A stretch of 64,000 nucleotides of DNA, taken from assembly GCA_021613535.1 (NCBI GenBank), contig CP075494.1, positions 10,664,001 to 10,728,000 on the forward strand. Reading direction: 5' to 3'. A program made the translations under genes and the position numbers. Of this stretch, positions 22,454-33,600 are shown in pieces. The stretch's first letter is position 1. Every line of letters begins with the position of its first letter. Below the pieces are notes generated by a model, which worked only from the letters and a program-made list of their open reading frames with translations, did no database searches and had not been told where the DNA came from. Source of the stretch: Adineta vaga (Eukaryota > Animalia > Rotifera).

Positions 22454-23551
22454 TTAACCAATTGATTGATATGAACGACGAATTGAATTTGTTTGACAAA
22501 TATACATGAAAATGAGAACAAAAATGAGAATAATACAGATAACAAGAGAGATTAACGAGATGAAAGTCCATTGTTTAATCAATCGTTTTTCTTCTTTTGA
22601 ACATGAAGGACAAGTTGGTTGAAAAGAAGAGATCGATGATGATGATGATACGAAACACTTAAACAGTAACCTTCAATTAGTAAGAGAAGGAAAAAAAAGA
22701 ATGATTACTTTATTGAGCAATGTTACAGCGACTTGTTCTGCATCAGTTTTGGTTAATTGACGAGTTTTTTCTTTTCGATCATATCCATTAATTTGTTGTG
22801 TTAATATATCACGACTGATATTATACCAAGATAACTTCAGAATAGAAAAAAAAAGGTTCTTGATTCAAAAAGAAATCAAAATAAACTTACTTGTGTTCCA
22901 TTTTTTAGTTGACTAAGTTCTAAAATTACTTCACAATAATCAACCATAGTCGTCGATAAACCATATGTAAAACCTTCGATTGTTGATTTCCAACATTTCG
23001 TTGTGCCATATTTTGTATCACAATCTCGTCTAAAAATAGAACATATATACTTTCTAATTATTAAACTCAGTAGAACATAGAGGAACTACACACATATAGA
23101 TATGTGTGCTTTACTAAACGAATGATTTATCAACGATTATTTTATTCGCGTGTTCAGCTCATATTATTTCGCATTAATAAACTCGCAAAGGTGAAAGTAC
23201 TCACATCCTCTAAAGAAAAAAACACATTCACTCGTTTCATATTTCTTTATTTCGACTAATCTTAATCGTTTCAGATAGAATATCTTGAATAAAAAGAATT
23301 TTCACTAAAATTAATAATAGAAAAGCAATTTTTCTAATAAGGATTTATCAAACACGAAATTGTTATTTTATGTGTTACTATTTTTTCATACAGCACAGAA
23401 CTTCATGTAATTATTTGAAGAATGTCAAAAATAAAGATACATAAAATATGTCTTACTTGCATTTTCTATCAAATAAATCTCGTTTTCCATTGACAGATAG
23501 CAACGAGAAAGCACAGAACCAAAGAACCTGATTATAATAATTATAATACAT
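22454..23551 (-). CDS. Uncharacterised type I membrane protein A (187 aa); exons 23551-23457, 23029-22891, 22834-22709, 22657-22454
   Basis: Manual splicing gives an open frame: signal peptide MYYNYYNQVLWFCAFSLLSVNG, then KCKRDCDTKYGTTKCW, CPSC, TM WTFISLISLVICIILIFVLIFMYIC and tail RRSYQSIG*. The ORF track misses it. Confidence 0.75.
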
Positions 23552-23668
23552 TTGAAATCTATAATATCAAACAAAGAACAGAGATAAAGACAAGATAGCA
23601 CATATATTTTCTTTCACAATGAACAAAATAAAAGTATATCCAAAAAAAGAAATCTTTTTATCATTCAG

Positions 23669-24452
23669 TTAATACTGAGAATTGAGAATAGAATTAGTAT
23701 TAGAAAGAGAATTCAATAAAGGAGTTGTATGTTGAATAGTTATCATGGAAGATGTTTGACGACGTGTTTGAAGAAATTGCACAATACAAATAATGAGAAT
23801 TAAACCAGATAAAATCGTTGCAATTATGAAGAGTACCGTATAATTTAGAATATCACCCGCACAAGTACGTGTTGAACATATTAATGATGGAAGTTCAGTA
23901 ATATCGACTATTTTTGTTAATGTTAAATTTTGACACTAGAAGAATGAAACTTCATATGAGAATTAGGATTTTTTAAAGTTTGACATACATAATTGATTAG
24001 ATGTTGTTTTGTTTCCGTAAATAAATCGATTGTTAAACGACTCTCTTTAGATTCATTGACTAAATGATTTTGTAATGATTCATCGAGGAACTTCATCGTA
24101 TCATTGAACTAAATAAAACAAAAAAAATATATTAGTGAGTTTCTTTTTTTTGTCTTTTGTCGATTGACAAACTTCATTTGGATGTTCGCGTCGAAACGTG
24201 TCAACATGTACAGTTAAACTGCCGAATGAAAAAAGTTGTTCAACTAATTCTGATGAACGATACATTAATGCTTCACGCCAACATTGATCATCTACAATAC
24301 CATCTTGTGTACAATTTGTTCTGTAAAGAATATAAATTAAGATAAAAACACACATTTTCGAAGACAAATTTCATCAACCTGCATGATAAAGATTGAAATT
24401 GATATTGTGAAATATTCAAGAAGATAATTAGAAGTTTGAATAATGAATTCAT
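23669..24452 (-). CDS. Uncharacterised type I membrane protein B (202 aa); exons 24452-24379, 24320-24173, 24108-23989, 23935-23669
   Basis: Signal peptide MNSLFKLLIIFLNIS, then SCRTNCTQDGIVDDQCW, CSTRTC, TM YTVLFIIATILSGLILIICIVQFL and a tail with TPLL. Introns are GT-AG and in phase. Confidence 0.78.
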
Positions 24453-25290
24453 TTGATAAATAATCGTACAAAATGAGATGAATTAAATTTCGTTCTGACT
24501 TTAATTCACCGCCAAGGTTAGGGCACTACTAACACACAGAAAAGAAAGGTAAAATATGGAAGCGATGTAACTCGAGTGATGTCGTCGTTTCACGATATAT
24601 CAACTGATGATTTTTCTTTCTTCTCTAAACTTTGTCAAAGCTTAAGTAAAAAGAAAAACAAAGTTTGAAACAATCGATACAACTCTCTCTTTTCGAGATT
24701 ATGATAATTCATTTCGAAATAATCTATTCATTTGATTACTTCAAGAGAAATTTGCGAGTTTTTCTTGTTCGTTTACTTAATTAGAGAAGAAATATAATGA
24801 GAATATTTTGCCGGAGGCAACTGGATAGTTTCAGATTTCATCGGTAGATATTGATTACTTAATGTATGTATTTATCGAGAGAGTAAATTAGCTATTTTGT
24901 GACAATTTTATTGATTAATAAAAACGATCGATGGGCGCATATGATTTCATTTATTAATTGTCGATTAAATCTATGAGAATATTTTTCTTGTGGCCTTAAT
25001 AGACTAACCTATCTATGAAAAGAAATTGTTAATTTTTTCTTATTTATTATCTCTGTTAAACTTTACCTTAATAAAGAATATGAGTCAGTAATCAATGCAA
25101 AAAAAAACTGAAATAAAAAACAGTCCATATTTCTCTGTGCAAATAGTCAATCGAAATATCATGTAGTCCAATAAGATATAGAATGCATCAGTTTAAAGCA
25201 TTGGTCTGAAAAAAAAGTCAATGAAGTCCAAAATGAGTTTCAGTGTGTCATATATCATATGTCTGTAAAAGTTAAATAATTGAATAATAA

Positions 25291-26217
25291 CTAAAATATT
25301 AATCCAGTTATATTCTTTATATATGATTGATATGCACCAATTCGTGTAAAAAGTAGAGGAGTATTGCAACCCACACGATTTCCAGTAATAAGACCAACAC
25401 ACGTCCATACATTATTAAAATTTGTCATCAACGGCGCACCTGCGTCAATAGGACAAGATTTAATTGAACCGAAACTTGCACAAAATTGATAGTCGTTAAA
25501 TGATGTGCCACAAACAGTTGAATCTTGTACACGAACGACTGCTTGTTGTAGATTGGGAGCTACAGTACCATTACTAGTTTCTGTTGTTTCACCCCAACCT
25601 GTAACTACACCATGTTCTTTAGTAAATGGTTCGGTTAGATCCGTCGTTAAACAGCATGGCCGTATATTTGCTGCATAAGTTAAATTTATTCCCAATGTCA
25701 GGATAGCAACACTATCGTAACTATCAACGACATAAGTTGTATTAGTAACATTTGTTGCACCCAGTATGGATTGATATGTACTAATGCCATAGCTTACAGT
25801 AATATTATTTCCATAAGCTTTAACACAACTAGAAGCTGTAAGCACATGTCGTTGTGTGATAAGAAAACCACTACAAACTTTTGTTGAATTCATAGTTAAA
25901 TAGACCATCCATGGCCAACTATTTGAAACTGCCGTTTCTCCATCGATGAGACGTGATGAAAAAACTGGTTTTGTTGAAGCACATCCACATGTTGCTGTGG
26001 CTACATCACAAGTTACTGTTGGTGCTGTAAGTTTTGTAACAGGTGCAGCGGAACTTGGAAGGCCAAAACCCAGACCCAGACCAAGTCCAATAGCAATAAT
26101 ACCAAGAACCAGGCCTGTGATAATAACAATGTTTATGATAACAAGAGTTACATTTTTTGATGAATCTACTGAAGCCGCTGCTGTAGCTCCGTCATAAGCT
26201 GGCGCAGTATAACTCAT
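25291..26217 (-). CDS. Membrane-anchored trypsin-fold serine protease homologue, catalytically inactive
   Basis: N-terminal TM, CGC, R|LIDG and SWPW. Triad motifs are degenerate: TASSC (His lost), DSVAIL and CPIDAGAP (Ser lost). Intronless. Confidence 0.9.
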   Translation of the reverse strand: MSYTAPAYDGATAAASVDSSKNVTLVIINIVIITGLVLGIIAIGLGLGLGFGLPSSAAPVTKLTAPTVTCDVATATCGCASTKPVFSSRLIDGETAVSNSWPWMVYLTMNSTKVCSGFLITQRHVLTASSCVKAYGNNITVSYGISTYQSILGATNVTNTTYVVDSYDSVAILTLGINLTYAANIRPCCLTTDLTEPFTKEHGVVTGWGETTETSNGTVAPNLQQAVVRVQDSTVCGTSFNDYQFCASFGSIKSCPIDAGAPLMTNFNNVWTCVGLITGNRVGCNTPLLFTRIGAYQSYIKNITGLIF

Positions 26218-26498
26218 TCTAGTGAAATGACGTTGTCTTACAATTCATTTCGTGTTGATATACTGAACAGATTTCCTTCATTACTGTTTTAATTACACAT
26301 TAACGGAAAAAAAGGCAAATGTAACAGATATTGATTCATATCTTCTCTCTAATTAATCATCAAATATCATGACTTTGAAATCAGATTAAAAGAAACCAGA
26401 TGGCATATTTCGTCATTAACTTTTGATCGATTTCGATTTTCAAAACATTCATATTTATTATATGATTTATTTTTATTCAAATTTTAAACAAAATCTGA

Positions 26499-27461
26499 TT
26501 ACAATGTAGCAATATTACTATCAATAAATGAACGATAATATGATACTCGAGTATAATAACCATTACCGGCACAACCTGTTCCACTACTAACAATACCCGT
26601 GCATGTCCATGAATTATTCACCGCAGTCATTAAAGGACCTCCGCTATCACCTTGACAAGAATCAGTATTTGTATAACCGGCACAAAATTGAAGATCTGTA
26701 TATGATGTCGTACCACATAATGATGAAGTTTTGATTTGAATAACAGCTTGCTGTAAAGTATCTGGAATAACTGTACTACTAGTACTAGTTGTTCCCCATC
26801 CAACAATTACAGCATTTTGACCTACAGAAGGTAAGGAAGTATCCGATGTTAGACAACATAGACCAACATAATTATTTGTAGTTAAATTTGAAGAGAGTTT
26901 AAGAACGGCAATATCATTCTTAAATGTAGATGAATCATAACCGGTATGTACTTGCATTGCAGAAACTGTGCGAGTTTGTGCGTAAGGTGATGACGAAAGA
27001 GAATGTACACCTGCAATAATTTTTAATGAAGATGTGGATAAACCAATAACACAATGAGCAGCAGTAACAACATGTTGATAAGTAACAAGAAAACCACCAC
27101 AACGTTGAGCATTATTATAATAAAGAATCACTGTCCATGGCCATGAATTAGCAACAGCAGAGTAACCATTTATAATTCTTGCTGATGAAAATGATGGTTG
27201 AATAGCTGCACAACCACATGTTGCCGAACCACCATAGGTACAAGTAACTGATGGTGCGGAAAGAGCACTAGTACTACTCGACGACGAGTCAGATGACTTT
27301 TTAAGGCCAATACCAAGTCCAACTCCGAGTGCGATTGCAATAGCACCAATAGTTAACAATAAAACGACACATGCAATAATCCCACCCCATAGTTTCCAGT
27401 TCGTTTTCGGTGGCAACGGTTGACTGATAACTGGATAACGAAATTGCCTATTGCTCATCAT
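26499..27461 (-). CDS. Type II membrane trypsin-like serine protease (S1A), active
   Basis: TM, CGC, activation site R|IING, TAAHC, NDIAVL, DSCQGDSGGPL (Asp in the S1 pocket). Intronless. Confidence 0.95.
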   Translation of the reverse strand: MMSNRQFRYPVISQPLPPKTNWKLWGGIIACVVLLLTIGAIAIALGVGLGIGLKKSSDSSSSSTSALSAPSVTCTYGGSATCGCAAIQPSFSSARIINGYSAVANSWPWTVILYYNNAQRCGGFLVTYQHVVTAAHCVIGLSTSSLKIIAGVHSLSSSPYAQTRTVSAMQVHTGYDSSTFKNDIAVLKLSSNLTTNNYVGLCCLTSDTSLPSVGQNAVIVGWGTTSTSSTVIPDTLQQAVIQIKTSSLCGTTSYTDLQFCAGYTNTDSCQGDSGGPLMTAVNNSWTCTGIVSSGTGCAGNGYYTRVSYYRSFIDSNIATL

Positions 27462-30400
27462 TTTGGAAACGAACTGAATATCAATCTATGAGTAAGGACA
27501 CAGAATGTATTCTGTATACTTTGCTTTTTCTCTACACTATTTATTTCTCATCCTTGATAGGAAGTAACAAATTTTTATGCATCATTGCATTCGTTTTTTC
27601 AAACAAATACATGACAAACATGAGACAAGCATCGTCTTCTACCTTTAAAAGAACAAATCAAAGCTATCGTAAACAAAATGATATTTTCTATGAATTGTTT
27701 TCAGCATAATTAGAAAAGATAAAAGTAATTTTCTGTTGCAAATAACATAAACTCATATCAAGTTAAAATAAACTACATTCAACTGAGTACTACAGATATA
27801 TACAAAAGCTTGTATTAATCAGATACAATATACACCAAACATACGATATTATGATAATCTTCTGATATGACGATATTTATACTGAAATACTGTAATGATT
27901 GATTTATTTATTTACTACAAATGAGTCATATTAGATGTTTGTTGCCTTCTTAGTAGATTGCTTTTTATTCTATATGTGACAGTTTTGTTTCTTAACATAT
28001 CATATTTTCGTGACTTTACCTATAAGAAAATAAATGCAAAAATTAATATTTTTTTCTATGAAAATAAAAAAGCATAACATTTGATATACAATTGAAAGGA
28101 CATTTTGTTTTAGTAACAAAATTGTAGTATCAAATGATATTTTATGTACAATCAAATATGATTAATTAATAAATTATGAAAGACATACTCTTTTACTACA
28201 TATTTTTTCATATTGTGAACAGATGAATTGTTCATTATGTACATAAATGTCCTTGAAAATTGAATCATAATTCTGAGCATGAGTAGTTACTATTGACTCA
28301 ATCAGATTAGATCGTACATGATGTTGTCATTTCAAAAGTAATTCTCTTGAAAATCTATCAATCGTAAAATCAAATCAATCAGAGATTTCTTTTTTTTCTT
28401 GTTCTCGTTTTATTTAACCTTGAAAAAAAATCAAACTAAACAACTTGAAATAGGACAAATAAGAATTGAATAAAATAAACAAATAAATTCATTTGATCAT
28501 CAAAATTATTTCGAGACAATGTAAATGATCTTTACGGGAAGATTTTCATCAATATACTCATCTATTCAGTACTAGATGGACGAAGATTTCGTTGGATTTC
28601 TTATGCATATAAACTGGTGCAGCGAACATTAGGCGTTTCTTTTTCTTCATTCGTTTGTCGACCGTGATTTGTATCACATCATGTCGTGTTCAAACTTTAG
28701 CGTTGTCGTAGTTTAGTTGTATATACGCGAACGAAAGAAAGACAAAAAGTGAAGCGGCCAGTTCAAACATTGATCCTCTTTTTCTTTTTTATGTATGCGA
28801 TGTGAGACAGTGTCGACAAGAAGGAAGAAATAAATGCCAAAAACAGAACATCGAAGAAGAAGAAGAAGAGAGAAAGATTTCATTCAATTTAAAACTATAC
28901 CGGACGACGGTAGCAGTATTTACTAATTCATACAAAATTTTTCTCTTCTTGTCTCTCTCTCTCTCTTTCTCCCTCTTTGAAAGAAAGAATGCCAACATAT
29001 ATATGTTGGCGTGACAGTCTAACATAAAAACAACACCGGTCATTATTTGCATTCATCACTCAGACATAGACGTTGAAAGGTAAATTAAAAACTCTTTCTT
29101 ATTATTATTGTTTTGCCTTCTTTTATCGATATGAAGATAGACTTAAGAATTTCTTCATTTTTTTTCTATCGAAATACATCAATTATACAGTAAATAACAG
29201 CTGTCATTAATGAGATGTGACAATTTTGTTCGCAACATTTTAACATATTGTGATTTTCAAGGTAAATCACTGATATATGAATGTGGAAGTCTATATATCA
29301 AGTAATCCTTCTCTCTCGCTTTCTTTTTTCTTGGCTCAATGACAAGCATATTCAAGGTTACTTTTCTTTCCTATTTTGTTTAACAATTTAAAATTCACAT
29401 TATGTTTGATTTTAACTATATACGTCAAAAAAGAAAAGAAAAATGCGGAAGAAACGTCTGAGTTCCTTCTTTGCTTTGGAAGATCAAATTTCATTTTATG
29501 CATAATTATAATTTCTCATTCGTTCGTTTCTTTTTTGTTCCCTATTATCTTGTTTGATTACCCCTTGAATCATATGCCTGACAATATTGTATTAAAATAC
29601 CCGAAAAAAGAAACGTGTTTATACGCTTGTTGAATATTCTATAGAATAAGAAAAATAGTAGAACAATTTACACTTGTACACTTTCTTACATCATACATGT
29701 ACTCTTCACCTTCTTATTCGATCGTCTATTGTTACGATTATTTTAGTCATGTTATTATTCGCACTTGAACAACTTGTATGTAGATTTCGGATCGAAGGAT
29801 TACGCAAAGATCGCCTAGTGCTTGTTTAGGAGAACAAGAAGAAGAAGAAGAGAACGTAAGAATGTTTGATTGAATAGTAAAACGAAAGAGAAAGCTTAAC
29901 GCTTGATCGCAATTACTTATTTTCTAACAATGAATGATTGAATATACGAAACATGAACAGAATATGAAAAAAAACCTGGTATCATTCATCTATAAATGAA
30001 TAAGAATTCATGCAATCAATAGAGAGAAATTTTCAGGTTTTCTTTTTTTACTAATAATCTTTTATTGTATCAATCATTCTTTTGATATTTACATAGAACA
30101 TGTTTTAATTCAGCTTAAGGTAATACGATTATCTATTTGATGTTTCGAGAATAATTTGATTATTATCATTCGTGAATAAAACAAGATTTCTTAGTTATAA
30201 TGTGGTAATCGGAATTTATCATTTTGTTATTTTTCATTATTGAGAAACTAAGCATGTAAATAGAAGCTTTAGAATACTCAATTCAATTGAAACTATACTC
30301 TTTCATCAGATATTTGGACATAGTGTCAAAGACTATATAACAACAGATAATTATGATATTTCTTCGAACTTTTATAAATCAGTTGAATGTAATCAATGAT

Positions 30401-30688
30401 ATAAAACATGATTTTGATTATAAAATCGTTAAATGACCATTGCATGTTTGTGAGTAGAAATGAGTTCATAATAAACTGATCGATAATTGGATAATATCTT
30501 TAAAATCTCATTGTTTATGTAAGTTTAGTTCTCTTTCCTGTCTGCTTTTTGTACAGACACGCATAGAATAAATTTCTTTTAATCCTTCATAATTGAAAAG
30601 TAAAGAAGCCAATAAAAGTTCTGTTTTTTTTTATATTCTAGATTTAACTATCAGTAGACGATTTGATATTTAATGAAACCTTCAATAC

Positions 30689-33600
30689 ATGTCGGCTAGT
30701 CTTCGTCAACGACGTAGTTTACCTGATTCAGCTTTTTCTTCATGGTCAAATATAATTAATGATAATAATGATACACAACAATTTCAACAGATTATACGCG
30801 AACGAAGAGGTATAGTTTTGTTTTTTTTACTAAGACGATTTCTTATCTACCTACTTTTCTCATATGTAATTGACGTCATAATTATTCTCTTGTGTCCTTC
30901 AATCAAAGAAGGCCAGTTGTTTTGTCATTCCATCGTTTTACACTCTTCTCGTTCATTGCTTGACTTCTTCTATATATATATATACAGAATATAGAATATA
31001 GATATATTGTCCTTGTAATATTTTTCTCTAACTGTCGTACGTGATATGACGGTTGTCTTCGTAACGAATGAGTCTATAAGGCATGGAAAAAGAAGATGTT
31101 CCGTACACTTATACAGTTCACACAGAAGCAGCAAATGCGAGAGAATAGAACGATATTCGTATGGGGTTAGATGTTATTGGAATATTTGGCGAGACAGTTA
31201 GTAGCATAAATATTGCATGAAAAAAAAAGGAAGAACTATGCAGGCATGTTCCTAACTGATACGGAAACATATCCATTGGAGTAAGAGAAAACAGAAGAAG
31301 ACAGATAGAGAGAGAGAGAGAAAGAGAAATAGGAAAAAGAAAGAAGAAACGAGTTTTCCTTGCGGTAATATCAATAGGCAACAGTCAGAATTGTACCATC
31401 ATCCAATCTTCGTCACTGCTGTTCTTCGTCGTCTTATTATCATCATCATCGTCGTCGTCGTCGTCATCGAGCTCTTTTTCTATGGTAAAGAGTGAAAGAG
31501 AGTGGGCGGATAGTCAACATCTTATTGATTAGAACTCATCGATCAGTTGACCTTCGTTTCTGATCCTCAATATCAGACAAGAAAATATTTAGTCATAACA
31601 ATGTCAACAACAAATCTGGATGAACTATTTAATCCTATTGATGAGGATCCGATATGTAAGTTATCTATATGCTTAAAGATGGATAATTGATTCTCATCTG
31701 GAATCAACTGATGATGATCAAACGAAAACAAGTGTCTTTGTTTTTTTGTCTTAAAAAATTGAATAGTCATTTTTAGTGTTATTACTCATTTCTAATTAAG
31801 TTATTTTCTTTGGTTCAATAGACTTGTCTTATTTCGCCGTTAGCTAAACTTCTAAATATGAAGTAACTACTTGAGAGTATAATGTAATCAAGTAAATATA
31901 CAAATAAATAAATCATCAAGTAAGAGAGAGAGAGAGAAAAAAAACGAACGTATCTTTTCATTATCTTTCTCTTTTGCTTTTGAATGAATATTGTCAAAAA
32001 TTAATCAATATTGATGTATATGATATGTGAGTATACTAAACAAGTTCGTTTTTTCTCTTCTCTTCTCCGATGAGTATTATGGGAGAGAAAAGAAACGGAA
32101 GAGTGACAAGTCAACCATCTTATCTATTACCTTTTCTTCTCTCTCCACTCACTCTTTCCCTCTTTCGTCTTTATAATACGTAGTTGATTCAAAAATAAAT
32201 TAACACCCGTATCCTTTTCCTACCAAACCATGACGATGATAGCGATACGATTGATCGATTTACTAATGTCCATTAACGATATATATTGCAGTAATCATCG
32301 TCAGGAGAGAGAGAGAGAGTGAGAGAGAAAGTGTAAAGACGTCATTATTATTATAGTTTGATCTGGCCAATTGCCAACGAGAAAATTTCGTTTTTCTTTT
32401 TCGTCTTATATTCATATTTCAAAATCATTTTATACATTTACATTTGACGAAGAGAGTTTTGTCTATTCATTGTCGTTATCAGTGTTCAACGAATTTGAGG
32501 TTAGTAATCTTGATGTAATGTCTACTGATGTATTCATACATTAATATCTTTCTCTATAGACAATTTTTACGTAAAAAAACTTTATTCGCTCGTTCAAGCT
32601 ATTAAACGCACACATCAAATCATGGTCGCATCATCTACCTATATGTGAACATAGGAAGTGTTGAGCTATGTCAAATTAAATGAGACTATTCATTCATTTC
32701 TTTCCTTTTCTATCATATTGAATATATATCAAACTATTATACGTATACACATCTTTTCGTGTCGTCAAGTAACATTTGTTCAATAATAACAGCTTTTGAT
32801 ATTTCTTTTGGTCAAAACAAAATCTTCGTGGATATCCATACAATCAAATCTTTCTTTTCTCATCTGTCTATCTATATATATATATATAAATAATGGTTAC
32901 CACACGGCGTTCTTTTGTAGACGAACGTGAAGATATTCAAAAGAAAGCTTTTACAAAATGGATCAATAATCAATTAGCTACTGTAAGAAAATTGATTATT
33001 TGAAAATAAATCTTTTTCTTTATTTTCTTTTATATTAATTATTCTAGTCCAATTCAACTCCCATTGTACAAGATTTATTTCAAGATTTACGTGATGGTGT
33101 TATTCTTCTTCGATTACTTGAAATCCTTACTGGAAATGAATATGTACGTAATGAAAAGAAAACATCCGAGAAAATTTCTTGCTTCTTTTCTTATTTGCAT
33201 TCTTTAGAAACGAGAAATTGGTAAAATGCGTGTACATCATATTGGTAATGTTAATAAAGTCATTGCTGTACTTGGAGAATATGGAGTAAGTCAATATCAT
33301 CGACATTGAATGTATATGATATAAGAAAAAAAATGGAAATTTATTTTGTAGATAAAACTTCTCAGTATATCATCCAATGATATTGTTGATGGTAATCCAA
33401 AACTTACACTTGCACTTATTTGGTCAATTATCCAATATTGGCAAGGAAAAGATGTTTTAAAATCCGTTGTATCTAATCCTCAACAAACTAATGTCGAAAA
33501 ATTTCTTCTCAATTGGTGTCAACAACAAACAAAAGGGTTTGTAAACGAAAGAAAACGAAGAACATGCATTCATTTTTTGTTTTTTCGTGTTTAGATATAA

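Noticed and set aside
23196-23220. Possible 3-5 nt microexon (minus strand TTTAG AGGAT GTGAGT) in gene A intron 1
   Set aside because: Not needed for the frame. The 5-nt version causes a stop, and the 3-nt version cannot be supported without reads.
27488-30600. Short ORFs in the AT-rich region upstream of dystrophin, and similar intronic or antisense ORFs elsewhere
   Set aside because: Low-complexity F/L/K-rich translations of GA/TA microsatellite-rich non-coding DNA, or shadows of real genes.
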